A DNA stretch of 64,000 bases from Eledone cirrhosa (Eukaryota). A program made the position numbers and the translations under genes. The notes under the pieces are model-generated. The model saw only the letters and a program-made list of their open reading frames with translations. It was not told the DNA's origin and did not search any database. Below, piece by piece: positions 12,613 through 29,075 of this stretch. The DNA lies in NCBI GenBank assembly GCA_964016885.1, contig OZ024755.1, positions 24,924,001 to 24,988,000 of the forward strand, read 5' to 3'. How positions within the stretch are numbered: the first letter of the stretch is position 1; every line of letters starts with the position of its first letter.

Positions 12613-13854
12613 CATCTGGTCGAGAGCTTATTCTGATGATTAGCGGGAATGACCCGCCAAAAACCGGGGGTTATTCCTCTTGCTGGAATTAACACGTGAC
12701 AGCTATAGATACGATACGCCGCGACACAGCAGCAACATTTAGCCTATCACCCCGTCCATGGTAGAACGAAAACCTGTTGATAAAATGAATCCTTTGTTCG
12801 ATCAAAAATACCTGGAGCTTGCCAGTCACGTAAGTCTGATATATGATTTCGGATTCATAGAAACACCTTAAGCGTATAATCGTTTGATTTGTCCAGGTGT
12901 ATTTTTCTCAACCTGTTAGTTCTATCGTTACTTTGGTATGTTATTGTGGGTTAGATTTTGCCTACCACAATGTTAGATTTGTCAAGCTAGTTAAACGTAT
13001 GTTATTACTCTAAGGACCTAACTTATCGAGTGCTTTGCTAACTCATCACCTCATAAGTAGGCCGAATTTGCTTGCAAACCGCCAGAGATTCGATTTTACT
13101 AAATATCCAATTATATATATATATATATATTACGTTTGATAGGAGGAAGTTTCAGTTTTAGAAAATGTTTTTTATGGAATATCGACCCTTACGTGCGATT
13201 CGCAAATAATTGGTTCGAGGTCTATATAGATGTGATAGACCTGACTCTAGTATCTATCTGTTCATCAGACGTTTTGATTCGACTTAAAACTATTTACATA
13301 AATAATATATACACGCTACTATAGCTATGACTGCTCATATATATATATATATATATATATATAAGGGAACACAGAATCAGTGTTACATCATATACATATT
13401 TAATTACATATGTTTCACTGTCGATCAGGTCGAGGAACGGTTGATCAATGATCGAACCTGACTTTGGAATCGGAAGCTCCTCAGATATGTGTTAACATGT
13501 AGACTCACGTTGACAACACACAAAGTGGTGTAGGACAGAACAAAGGAAAGACACAAAATTAAAATAATCTAGTCACTGAGGAGGTGACAGAATGTGTGAC
13601 GAAAGAGCTTTGACAATATATAAATAACTTTCCAGTTATCGAACCAACCAACCAACCAACAAGAAATTTATAATAAACTGAATTGAAAACCAACAGGTGC
13701 GTGTGTTTTTTATTGGCAACATGACCCTCCCAAAGTATAACAGTATATATATATGTAAAAGTTAAACAGAAATAACAACACTATCGGTACAGTATATATT
13801 AGGTTAACGCTTAGGAATATATTAGGTTAACGCTTGAAATAGCAGGAAGAGGGC

Positions 13855-13890
13855 CTTAACGTTTCGGACGCTAGTCCTTCATCAGAAGAA
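13855..13890 (-). ncRNA. Minimal hammerhead-like motif (family B)
   Basis: Minus strand: CTT-CTGATGA-A-GGAC-TAGC-GTCC-GAAA-CGTT-AAG. Confidence 0.6.
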
Positions 13891-14354
13891 AGAATGAGAA
13901 ATAAGATAGATTGAGGGGACGGGTGGGATATATATATATATGACGTTGTAGAGCCGCTATTGTCGGCTAGTGCTCTCTGGTGTTGTTTGTAAGTTTTCCT
14001 GTATATTAGAGCTCCTGTTGTAGAGACTGTCTTTTAAGTGTGTGTATGACGGGAAGGTGTGTGTGTGTGCGTGTGTGTGCGTGTGTGATGTGTGGAGGGG
14101 ATTATGAAATTAATAAAGAGTCGGGTGTATAACGGGTGTAAAACGGGAGTAACACCGGTGTCAGGGCGGGCATAAACGTTGATGAGGTTGGCTACTGTTG
14201 CAGTTTTAATTAACTGCATGTCTGTTTTATGTCTAGGCTCCCGTAATTAACCAACATCTGGGTGTGTATATATCTATGTGTACTTGTGTATATGTGTATA
14301 TATTTTTTGATGTGTTTCCTGTGCCTGTGTGCGTGCGTAAAGATACCAACCGTT

Positions 14355-14471
14355 TTAGATAGTAGCAGCAGCAACAGTAGTAGTAGCAGCAGTAATAGTA
14401 GCAGCAGCAGTAGTAGTAGTAGCAGCAGTAGTAGTAACGGTATTAGTAGTAGTAGTAGTGGTATTAGTAGC

Positions 14472-14512
<41 letters not shown>

Positions 14513-14585
14513 CAACAGTAGTAGTAGTAGTAGTAGTAGCAGTAGTAGTAGTAACAGTGGTAGTAGTAGTAGTAGTAGTAGTAGT

Positions 14586-14619
<34 letters not shown>

Positions 14620-14910
14620 ACAGTAGTAGTAGTGGTAGCAGCAGTTGTAGTGGTAGTAGTAAAGTCTGCTGGTTGACGGTTTATTAGCAAAATAATTATA
14701 TCAATAGTGACGATGAGAATAATAATAATGATGATGATGATGATGATGATGATCGTGATGATGATGATCGTGATGATGCTGGTGATGATCGTGATGATGA
14801 TCGTGATGATGCTGCTGTTGAGAGGAGATGATGACATTTATGATGTTAATGATGATGAAAATGATAAATATGATAGTCATGAATGTGATGATGCTTATGA
14901 TGGTAGCTAA
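14355..14910. repeat. (AGT/AGC)n and (GAT)n trinucleotide microsatellites
   Basis: Direct inspection. Confidence 0.95.
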
Positions 14911-14927
14911 TGTTGCTGATAATGATT

Positions 14928-15615
14928 TCTACTATATGCACAAGGCCAGCAATTTGGAGGAGGAGAAAGTCGATTATATCGACCCCAGTGTATTACTGGT
15001 GCTTTATTTTATTGACCCCGTAAGGGTGAAAGGTAAAGTTAACCTCGGCAAGATTTGAACTCAGAACGTAAAGGACCATAACACTATGCTGGAAAGCATG
15101 GTGTCTGACGCTCTACCTATACTGCCAGTCCACTCTCCTTAATGTTGCTGATAGAAATTGTTGTTAGTTTTGGCACAAGGCCAGCAATTACCCCAGTGCA
15201 TTACTGGTACTCTATTTTATCTACCCAGTAAGGATGAAAGGTAAAGTAAGTCAGTAATTTTGGAAGCGAGGAACAAAGTGAAATATCTCGATCCCAGTAA
15301 TTGATTGGTACTTTATCTTATTGACCCTTAAAGGTGACTTGGGTGGGATTTGAATGTAAAAACCGAAACAAGATAGTGCAAATCATTTTGTCCCACCATT
15401 TGAGGACTCTGCCAATTCCCCATGATAATGAGGATAATAAGGTTGTGGCAAACAATTTAAAGGGAAGGAAAATGTTGATTAAATCGACGCAAGTGCGTTA
15501 CTGGTACTTTGTTTTATCGGCTCTCTAAGGATGAAAGGTAACGCTAACTTCGGCAGGATTTGAACTCAGAGCGTAAAGGTGTCCGACGCTCTGTCAATAC
15601 TGTCAACCCACCTTG
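14928..15615 (-). mobile_element. Cluster of about four SINE family A copies of differing age
   Basis: Repeated reverse-complement hits to the CTGGTACTTTATTTTATCGACCCC..AAGGATGAAAGG core. Confidence 0.85.
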
Positions 15616-15799
15616 AAATTGACTAAAGGGTACCTTCTTTCTTTCAATTTTTCATTCAATCGATTGGGTTGTTCTCAGTAAACATAAGCTGTGATCGTCT
15701 GATTTTGTGACAAGGTGAAATGTCAAGGTGTATTATACTCGTCATACCCATAAAACGCTTAACAAAACTTTCTGAGGATGAAGATCTTGTTTCGGATGA

Positions 15800-16440
15800 A
15801 TCTTTACTTGTTGTTTTGATTGAATCCACTGCCGTCGGCATATAACATTATTATAGAATATCCACTGTTCATGACCAGTGAAAAATTGACACTAACATTC
15901 TCGAGAATGAAGAACAGTGCAGATGCTGACGCATTGTCGTCGATTGATTTCACTCAGTTCATCTAAAATCTATTTACCAAGCTTCGACACCATTCCAAGT
16001 TCCTGTAAATGACGATCGCCAGTTAATGACACTGAAGTAACATCTTCTAATAACTCTTTAACAGTGGCATAGGGATTTTATTTTAATAGCGGCTTTCAAT
16101 GTATTACCAAAAGAGACAGGGCAGCCAGAACAATGGCAATCATCCAAGTTAAAGTCCCCTTGTTGAAATTTATTGAAACATCGTTGGAACTTATGGACAT
16201 TCTAAATATATTCACCACGCAATTTTAGCACATATTTTACAGTATTCGTTGCACTGTTGTTTTTTTTAAACTTGTAATATGCTCTTCTGTAACTTCCATT
16301 TTCAGGAAGGATTATTAAAGCAGCAAATTAAAACTTGTGTCTCGGAAACTATCTGATTAAAGCTTTTCTTTCTTCACAGTATTTATACAACTGTAAAAAA
16401 AATATTGTTTAAACATGGTGGAACATGTTTTAAAATGTAC
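15800..16440 (-). mobile_element. Mariner transposase relic (N-terminal HTH to start of catalytic domain)
   Basis: Minus frames: MEVTEEH...FNKFQQGDFNLDDCHCSGCP...NPYATVKEL...HLQELGMVSKLGK*ILDELSE...FTGHEQWIFYNN (compare mariner KF..GD..LED..RSGRP, KLGKWVPHELSE, TGDEKW..Y.N). Confidence 0.85.
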
Positions 16441-17019
16441 AGTATGAAAAACGACATTACTTATGAGATGGCCTTATATTTATATGTATGAGTGTATATG
16501 TATGTATGTATGTATTGTATGAATGTATGTTCTTCTGGTTTTATAATTTAAAAAATGTTTTACCAAAAGAAGAGAGTCGGTTTCTAACATAGACACACGA
16601 CTCTCATTGGGATTTAAACATCATCAACAAGGTAGATATGTATGCATGTCTGCCGGCATGCTTGTGTGTGCAGGTATTGTTGTTATTGTATGTATGGATA
16701 TGTATGTTGTGAGTTATATGTGCGCATGTGCATATACTGTATGTATATATGTATGCATGCATGCACTTAGATAAGTATGTATGTATGATAAAAAAGCCAC
16801 ACAATGAAACAAAGAAAACAAATATAAGAGAATATGTTTTCGACGTCATCTTGATCTCTGGCAATCATGTTCCATCTTACAAGACATTAAATGGCGTCTT
16901 CAAACTCTGGAATTTTGGTTTCGAATTCTTTGCTTCAGTTGAATAATTAATTAACCTTTGCCACATAACAGCTGCAGGTTTGCTTCTTTGTTTTTCCTTT
17001 TTAATTATAGTATAATTTC

Positions 17020-18960
<1,941 letters not shown>

Positions 18961-18965
18961 ACATA

Positions 18966-19024
<59 letters not shown>

Positions 19025-19854
19025 GTATATATATATATATGTTTATAGTTTTTTTCTCTTATATCTAAGCCTTGCTTAATGGAACTGTTTGATGTTAATT
19101 ACTTGAAAAAATGCCGGACGAAACAACCAAAATACGAATTATAAAATTCCGCAACTAAATGAGAAAAAGTTGTTCAATTGATGTTACATTTATGATAAGT
19201 ATTACAATTTGGTGGGGTCGGGTTGTGATGGTGGTGGTGGTGCTGATGTTGGTGGGGTGGTGGTAGTGGTGTTGCTGATGGTGGTGATAGTGGTGGTGGT
19301 AGTAGTGGTTTATGATGGTGATGGTAGTGATGGCGGTGGTGATGGCGGTCGTGATGGTGATGATAGTGGTGGTGGTAGTAGTTGTGATGATGGTGGGGGT
19401 TGTGGTGATAGTGCTGGTGGTAGTATTGGTGGTGGTGGAGGGGCTGGACTGGTGTTGGTAGTGGCTCCGGTAGTGATGGTGGCCGTTGCTATTGATGGTG
19501 GCGGTGGTAGTAGTGGTAGTGGTGATGGTAGTGGAGGTGGTGATGATGGTAGTGGAGGTGGTAGTAGCGCTGGCGATGATAGTGGCAGTGGTGATAGTGG
19601 AGATGGCGGAGGTGATTAAGGGGTGTTGATAGAGGCTCTGGTAGTGATGGTGACGGTGCTATTGATGGTGGTAATGGTGGTCGTGATGGTGAAAAATTTA
19701 TTCTTTAATTAGTTTCACTCAGATTACGATCATTCTTGGCCACCATCTTGATTTAGTCGACCATATCGACCTCAGTCCCTCGCGGATATAGGCACAAACA
19801 TATACCTACACATACTCTCACACTCACAGACACATAAGTACAGAGATAGTTAAA

Positions 19855-20512
19855 TATACGACGGGCTTCTGTAATTACCGTCTACCAAAATACCTGTACC
19901 TATGTTGTGAAGCGAACTCCTTAACCACGGCCATGTCTACACCTATATTGTGAAGCGAACTCCTTAACCACAGCCATCTCTACACCTATGTTGTGAAGTG
20001 AACTTCTTAACAACAGCCATGTCTACACCTATGTTGTGAAGTGAACTCCTTAACCACACAGCCATGTCTACACCTATGTTGTGAAGTAAACCCCTTAACC
20101 ACACAGCCATGTCTACACCTATGTTGTGAAGTAAACCCCTTAACCACACAGCCATGTCTACACCTATGTTGTGAAATGAAGCCCTTAACCACAGCCATGT
20201 CTACACCTATGTTGTAAAGTGAACCCCTTAACCACAGCCATGTCTACACCTATGTTGTGAAGTGAACCCCTTAACCACAGCCATGTCTACACCTATGTTG
20301 TGAAGTGAACTTCTTAACCACAGCCATGTCTATACCTATGTTGTGAAGTGAACTTCTTAACCACAGCCATGTCTACACCTATGTTGTGAAGTGAACTTCT
20401 TAACCACACAGCCATGTCTACACCTATGTTGTGAAGTGAACTTCTTAACCACAGCCATGTCTATACCTATGTTGTAATGGGAACTCCTTAAACACACAAC
20501 CCAACCCGTACC
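19855..20512 (-). repeat. ~14 tandem copies of a 43-45-bp unit equal to the 5' tRNA-like head of a CORE-type SINE, joined to that SINE's 3' end
   Basis: Unit on minus reads ATAGGTGTAGACATGGCTGTGTGGTTAAGGAGTTCACTTCACAAC (A-box-like TGGCTGTGTGG); 19858-19890 reads GGTAGACGGTAATTACAGAAGCCCGTCG on minus; compare 45400-45562. Confidence 0.85.
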
Positions 20513-21139
20513 TATTTATGTAAGCACATTTTGTTCATACAAAGTAAATAATTTATTTTATTGTAAAATCAAATCGAATATTGAATTAAGCTTCTTTTCC
20601 TGTGATGTAATACATGTATCGAACCTGTTACCTCGTGTTAGTAATGTGACTTTTTTTTTTACCCTACAGCCATATCTGTCTTTACATAGACGCTTGATCT
20701 TGTATATTTTGAGGGTTCGGTAGTAAAACAGTGAGGCATTGATTACTTAATAAACTACTAGATTATATCTTACCTGTCCACATGGCCATCCACACATTCA
20801 TGAAATCCCTTTTAACGTCTCATATCAATTTATACTTTAAGTATAATTATGAAATTATTAATTAGCTCTTTAAATGAGAACGATAAGCGACATTAATATT
20901 CGCCGAGAATTTCACGTTGTTAGTTTTTCAAGTTATTTCAGTCTAAGATTACATATCCTTTTGAAGTATCAGTGCTGTGTTATAGAGTTTCATGTGGTGA
21001 CTATATTGTGAAGTTTAAATTTACAGGATAAATAGATAGCTAGATGGAGATAAAGACAGAGGGAGAGGAGACAAAGGAATTAGGGTGAGGGTAAAAAGAA
21101 ACAGAGAAATGTGTATGACCATGCATCACTCTCCCTCCT

Positions 21140-21197
21140 ATATATATACATATATATATATATAAATATATATATATATAAATATAAATATATATAT

Positions 21198-21228
<31 letters not shown>

Positions 21229-21245
21229 CATATATGTATATATAA

Positions 21246-21276
<31 letters not shown>

Positions 21277-21333
21277 AATATATATACATATATATATATA
21301 AATATATATACATATAAATATAAATATATATAT

Positions 21334-21364
<31 letters not shown>

Positions 21365-21413
21365 CATATATGTATATATAAATATATATACATATAAATA
21401 TAAATATATATAT

Positions 21414-21444
<31 letters not shown>

Positions 21445-21543
21445 CATATATGTATATATAAATATATATACATATATATATATATATAAATATATATACA
21501 TATATATAAATATATATACATATATATATATAAATATATATAC

Positions 21544-21576
<33 letters not shown>

Positions 21577-21611
21577 AATATATATACATATATATATATA
21601 AATATATATAC

Positions 21612-21644
<33 letters not shown>

Positions 21645-21965
21645 AATATATATACATATATATATATAAATATATATACATATATATATATAAATATATA
21701 TACATACATATATAAATATATATACATATATATATATAAATATATATACATATATATATATAAATATATATACATATATATATATATAAATATATATACA
21801 TATATATATATAAATAAATATATATACATATATATATATAAATAAATATATATACATATATATATATATATAAATATATATACATATATATATATATAAA
21901 TATATATACATATATATAAATATATATACATAAATAAATATATATACATATAAATATATATACAT

Positions 21966-21996
<31 letters not shown>

Positions 21997-22001
21997 CATA
22001 T

Positions 22002-22033
<32 letters not shown>

Positions 22034-22035
22034 AA

Positions 22036-22066
<31 letters not shown>

Positions 22067-22107
22067 AATATATATACATATATATATATATATATAAATA
22101 TATATAA

Positions 22108-22166
<59 letters not shown>

Positions 22167-22177
22167 AATATATATAA

Positions 22178-22222
<45 letters not shown>

Positions 22223-22329
22223 TATATACATATATATATAAATATATATAAATATATATAAATATATATACATATATATATATAAATATATATAAATATA
22301 TATACATATATATATATAAATATATATAT

Positions 22330-22360
<31 letters not shown>

Positions 22361-22361
22361 C

Positions 22362-22394
<33 letters not shown>

Positions 22395-22429
22395 AATATA
22401 TATACATATATATATATAAATATATATAT

Positions 22430-22460
<31 letters not shown>

Positions 22461-22461
22461 C

Positions 22462-22494
<33 letters not shown>

Positions 22495-22505
22495 AATATA
22501 TATAC

Positions 22506-22536
<31 letters not shown>

Positions 22537-22547
22537 AATATATATAC

Positions 22548-22600
<53 letters not shown>

Positions 22601-22675
22601 AATATACATATATATATATATATATAAATATACATATATATATATATATAAATATACATATATATATATATATAA

Positions 22676-22718
<43 letters not shown>

Positions 22719-22745
22719 TACATATATATAAATATATATAAATAT

Positions 22746-22830
<85 letters not shown>

Positions 22831-22875
22831 TATATATATATACATACACACATATATATATATATACATATATAT
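21140..22875. repeat. 1.7-kb (TA)n-derived tract with TAAA/TACA interruptions
   Basis: Direct inspection. Confidence 0.97.
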
Positions 22876-23612
22876 AAAGGTATAAAGAATAACTGGGATT
22901 TAAATTAAATCATTTAACTTTTTGAGGTTCGGATCGTTTCGTTAAAACATTCCTGTTACAATAAACTCTTAGGAACCCATTAAATAAAAATATTTCGCGT
23001 TACATGTTTATAGAAGTCCGAAAATGAAAACAAATTCAAATACTCTAGGGAAAACGTTAAAGCTTTATGGAAGCCTATATACGCAATTAAAATTTATTAG
23101 TGATAACCATTAGTGATAACCAGAAACTAAATATATTTACAAACAATTAATTATACATGTATTTTCTCCTGGTCATATAATTTCACGTAAATTATGCTTC
23201 GGATTCGTGACCTAAAATACTCCAACACTATCTCTAATGGACCAATAGTACTGTCGGTAGGGGTCGAAGCTGTCTATTATGTTCATTTCAACAGCCAATG
23301 ACCATAGTGTGTTTGTTTCTGTTACCTATATATAAATATGTATGTATATATATATGTGTGTGTGTGAAAAGTAAACTGAAATAACAAAGCAAACGGCACA
23401 GTACAATAAAGAAATATATTAGTTTAACGCTTGAAATAATAGGAAAAGAGTGTTAATGTTTCGGACACTATCCTTCATCGGAAGATAGAATGAGAAATAA
23501 AAGCTGAAATAGAAGGATAAAGAGTGATAAGAAGGAGGTACAAAAGAAAATTGAGAAAACATACATGCCTATTCAGTCTGCTGTTTTGAATATATATATA
23601 TATATATATATA

Positions 23613-23830
23613 TAGTTATGTAATAAACAACATAAGATAATTATTTCATTTACCAGTGGTTTCTTGAAAGCAAACAAATCTGCTTTCTGTCATCAGAATG
23701 AAAAAATCCATTTCAAGAAACCACTGGTAAATGAAATAATTATCTTATGTTCTTTATTACATAACTAATAAGCTCTGTAACCTACATTGAGCACTCTTTT
23801 TTCCTGGACCTTTCCGACGGAATTACTTCA
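23613..23830. mobile_element. Penelope-type element with inverted arms (23613-23669 / 23711-23767) and a complete HHR on the minus arm
   Basis: 57-bp arms with one mismatch; TACATTGAGCACTC at 23783. Confidence 0.7.
23644..23703 (-). ncRNA. Type I hammerhead ribozyme motif
   Basis: Minus strand: TTTCATT-CTGATGA-(CA)GAAAGCAGA...TTTGCTTTC(AA)-GAAA-CCA-C-TGG-TA-AATGAAA; 7-bp stem I; NUH = GTA. Confidence 0.75.
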
Positions 23831-25132
23831 TTCACACACACACACACACACATATATATTGAAAAGATAACAAGGACGATTGGTTACTCCTTCATTACAT
23901 TTATTGGTTGGTGACGTGTGTTTCGCCACTGATCAACTCAAGGTTCGATCTGTATCGATTTTACCCGACTCTGTAATCTGTAGCTCGACGGACCCCTTAA
24001 AATGCTAGTAGAAAAATGTAATGAAGAAGTAACCAATAGTCCTTGTTATTTTTCCATATAATACACTTTGTTACACTCCAAGTTATACTCCCTGTATATA
24101 TATATAAAAGAAACCTGCTTTGGGACCTAATCTAGAGTTTCTTTATGCAGATTATACATTCACATTTATACCTATAATTGCTGGTGCAGCACGCAATATA
24201 GTTAAATGTCTAAGTGGGACTTAGAGCCAAAGAAAATGACTAACTAACACTTATTTAGCAAATATTTTCTGTACGTGAAACAGTAAAAATATGCGAGACT
24301 TTTCCAAAGTTCAACTTATAACTGTTATTGCTGTTGTTAGCTAAATTCCAGCAGTGTAGCTTTGTTTCTTTGCTAGAAGCAACTCTATCTTTATAGGATA
24401 AACTCAAATAATTAAAAACTAAAGATACATATAAAGATATATTAATATATACAGAGATACGCAAAGAGACGGAGAAACTAACACACATATGTATGTGTGT
24501 GTATATATGTGTATGTATGTACGTATGTATGTATTTATATATGTGTATGTATGTACGTATGTATGTATGTATATATGTGTGTGTGTATGTACGTATGTAT
24601 GTATATATATATGTGTGTGTGTGTATGTACGTATGTATGTATATATATATGTGTATGTATATATATGTATGTATGTGTATATATATTTATGTATATATAT
24701 ATATGTATGTGTATATATATTTATGTATATATATATATATATGTATGTATGTATGTATATATATATGTGTGTGTGTGTATATATATGGATATATGAGTGT
24801 AAGTTATTTATGTACACACATAGGTAACAAATATTTATGTAGTGCTGAAAATTCCTGAACTTAATAAAGAGAAATATATTTCTTTGTAATTAACCGAGAA
24901 TATAAAATAGAAAAGATGGATGAGAAGGAATGTAAATGTCTAAGTATGTATGTGTGTGACTGTGCATATGTGCGTGTGGGTGTGTGCGCCCATGAATGTG
25001 TATTTGTATGTGTGTATATATATATATAAAATCCAAACTGCGGAGCCAAGCGGTTCCAGCACCTTAGACACACACTCTCTCTATGTATGTATGTATGTAT
25101 GTATGTATGTATGTGTGTGTGTGTGTATATAT

Positions 25133-25321
25133 AATTGTTTCTACTTTAGGCACAAAGCCAGAAATTACCCAGTGCATTACTGGTACTTTATTTTATCGAC
25201 CCCGTAAGGATAAAAGGCAAAGTCAACCTCGGCGGGATTTGAACTCAGATCCTAAAGGGACGTAACTATGCTGGAAAGCATGGCGTCCAACCCTCTACCG
25301 ATACTGCCAATCTACCGCCCT
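25133..25321 (-). mobile_element. SINE family A, full length, young
   Basis: Near-consensus reverse complement located in a TA/TG microsatellite. Confidence 0.92.
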
Positions 25322-25492
25322 TATATATGCGTGTGTATATATATATATATATGTGTGTGTGTATCTATATATCTATATATATGTGTGTGTGTGTATATAT
25401 ATATATTTGTATATATATATGTGTGTGTATATATATATATATGTGTGTGTATATATAAAATACATATATTTATAAATATATATACATATATG

Positions 25493-25525
<33 letters not shown>

Positions 25526-25568
25526 ATATATATATGTGTATATATATATATATGTGTGTGTGTGTATG

Positions 25569-25599
<31 letters not shown>

Positions 25600-25777
25600 A
25601 TGTATATATATATATATATGTGTATTTATATATATATATATATGTGTATTTATATATATATATATATATGTGTGTATTTATATATATATATATATATATA
25701 TATGTGTATTTATATATATATATATATATATGTGTATTTATTTATATATATATATATATGTGTATTTATATATATAT

Positions 25778-25843
<66 letters not shown>

Positions 25844-26149
25844 AAGATAGATAAACAGATACGTGTGTAAATCTATCTATAAACCTCATATAAATATTTG
25901 GAAGATATAGAATTCTATCGCTCTGAAGTATATTCTTGATATTGGAGATTGGGAAATGCAAAAAACGGATATATATAAAAACGTATATCCCAGAAACCTC
26001 ACTGTCTGTACGATATTGTAATACAACAACTGAATAAATACATTATAGCATAGCAGGATATGTATATATGTGTGTGTGTATATACGTACATTAATATACA
26101 CATACGGCCATATATACACATACATACAACGAAATTTTGAAATCTTCCC

Positions 26150-26975
26150 ATCTGTCATGGCATTGAATCTTGTCTAATTTTCTCACCAGCTCATCCTTTA
26201 TTGAAGCATTTTTAATCAGAGCAATATTTTATTTCTATGGAATGTCAACACCATTTACTAAAGATTTTACCTTAGTGCGAACAAGATTATGGCCTATCCA
26301 GCACTCAGCTCCTCGCAACACACGGACACCACAGATGTCTCAAAAATAAAGCCTACACACAAGAACCAAATCTGTGATGTGCTACTGCTTTAAACCTAGA
26401 TGCACCCAGGTGGCCTTGTGCTTCTCCTTGTGTTGGAAGAATGGGTTAGCATCTGGAACATTTGCAGGAGTTACAAATGTAATAGCCATTGCTATTGCAT
26501 TTTTCAGTTTCATGTTTACTAATCACACCCTATGTTCTGTAGCCCTTTCCAACCCTAGCATTAAAACTTCCAAGTATGAGAATTTTATGAGATCGTGAGG
26601 TCTTCCGGATAAGTTCTTTTAAGGTGAGATAAAATGCAAGGTTTCGTCCTCCGCAGTACACTTAGTCGGAGGATATACACTTACAAATGTAACACTTATT
26701 TTTGGATAGTAACACCCTCATAGAAATGAGCTGATCAGAGAAGCCACGGGGAAACGCCTGTAGTCTGGAAACAATTGTATTTTAAACAGCAAATACTATT
26801 CCAGCCTCTCTATTGGATCATTCTGACTTTTCACTCAAATTATAAGGGTATCCACCAGACCTTTACTGAAAATGACTCCCCTCAACAAACCTGATTTGAG
26901 ACAAAGCTACAACGTCCATGTTGAAGCTGTTTCTTCTTGAACTAATTAGGGAGCTAGAACATTTCTAACTTACTA
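26150..26975 (-). mobile_element. RTE (BovB-like) LINE apurinic endonuclease domain relic
   Basis: Minus frames: NMDVVALSQIRF...REAGIVFAV...FVSVYPPT...KILILGSFNARVG...FFQHKEKHKATWVH...ITDLVLV...RGAECWIGHNLVRTKV. Confidence 0.88.
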
Positions 26976-27282
26976 TAGATTCTCATATCTTTCTATTATC
27001 ACGAAGCAGATTTACTTAAAAGCATGGAAATGATATGGTTTCTAAGATTGTACAAAACAAACTGCCACGTCTCCACCAAATCTAATTAATTCGTGTCTAA
27101 AACTTACAACAGGTCTTCTATTTGACTTTGATTACCAACTATAAAGAGTACTCGATACTTCCTCTAGGCTGTCATGGCTTACCAGCTCTATACGAACGTT
27201 GAAATTGATTATATAAATAATTAATTAAATGAATATTACCCACTACATATGGGCATATATTTTACACACACATGCATGAAAC

Positions 27283-27316
<34 letters not shown>

Positions 27317-27638
27317 TTATGTGCATTCAACTACATATATGAACACATTCACTCATTTACTCATTTACATATTTACAAATCCCAGGAACTCTCTTGACTG
27401 AAACAAAGAAAATTTACTAATTCCAGAGTGACAAGCTTGTATTTTAAAATGAACCGAAATAGATCTCAAAGGAAAACATAAAAATATACATACATACTTG
27501 TGTGTTAAACACACACGCGCGCGCGCGCGTCGAGTAGACCCCCCCCCGCTGCACAGATATATATATATGTGTGTGAGTGTGTGTGTGTGTGTGTGTGAGT
27601 GTATGTGTGAGTGTATATATGTGAGCGTGTAAATATAT

Positions 27639-27712
<74 letters not shown>

Positions 27713-27749
27713 GTATGTATATATATGTGTATATATATATATGTATATG

Positions 27750-27794
<45 letters not shown>

Positions 27795-27889
27795 GCGCGC
27801 TCGAGTAGACCCCCCCCCCCCCGCTGCACAGATATATATATGTGTGTGAGTGTATGTGTGAGTGTATATATGTGAGCGTGTAAATATAT

Positions 27890-27959
<70 letters not shown>

Positions 27960-27980
27960 GTGTGTATATATATGTATATG

Positions 27981-28013
<33 letters not shown>

Positions 28014-28122
28014 GTATATATATATCTATATATGTATATATATATGTGTGTGTGCACATATATATGTGTTGGTGTATATATATATATATGTATATATAAA
28101 TATGTATATATATATGTGTGTG

Positions 28123-28153
<31 letters not shown>

Positions 28154-28273
28154 GTATATATATATATGTGTATATATATATTTATGTATATATATATATA
28201 TATATGTGTGTGTGTATATATATACATATATATACATATATCAGTATATACATACATATATAAACATATGTAA

Positions 28274-28316
<43 letters not shown>

Positions 28317-28854
28317 CACATGCATATATAAGTATACACACACGCACATATATATATATGTGTGTATATATGTATATATACACTACGCACACAAAGAAAC
28401 AAAACTTGGTAGCAGTTTCCAGTAAATAGTTCATTTTCAAGGTTCATTAACATAACATGACTCGCCAATCTATTAAAGTTTGGTCTGTGGTGCCAAGTTA
28501 CAAGAATATAATGTATAATTTGGGGCTAGAAGCGTCTATGACATTTTTATGTTACATTTCAACGCGAAAGTTGTGCTTCTAAGTATTAAAGTCTTTGAGA
28601 AGATGACGTTTCATCTCATGAGTGATATATCATCGGCTGAATTGGTTCTATCAAAGCTTTAATCAACATGAATCTCACATTTCATTAACAATAACAACAA
28701 CAACAATAGCAAACGAAAACAGACGCAACAGCAATATCAACAGCCACAACAATAACATCAAGAAAAACAATAACAATAATTTTTTTTCTTTATGCACAAG
28801 GACAGCAATTTTAGGTGAGAAGGAATAGTCGATTAAATCCACCTTAGTTCGTCA

Positions 28855-29075
28855 AGAGTACTGAAAATATACGGTCATATAAAAAGATCAACTCGTGGTG
28901 CTAGTAGGTTATGCCTGGAAGGAATGTTGGCTGGTAAGAGAAGCAAAGGCCGGCAGCCAAAACGATGGCTTAATAATGTCAACCTATGAACTGGACTTGC
29001 TGTTGGTGATCGAACTTTGGGGAGAAAAAATATCTCATGTTGATGCGGCGCAGCCTGAAATTGGCGGAGTTTAGC
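28855..29075 (+). mobile_element. RTE LINE 3' end relic
   Basis: LKIYGHIKRST...LEGMLAGKRSKGRQPKRWLNNV. Confidence 0.7.

Noticed and set aside
19895-20512. CRISPR-like array
   Set aside because: No unique spacers, no cas genes and a eukaryotic context; it is a tandem repeat.
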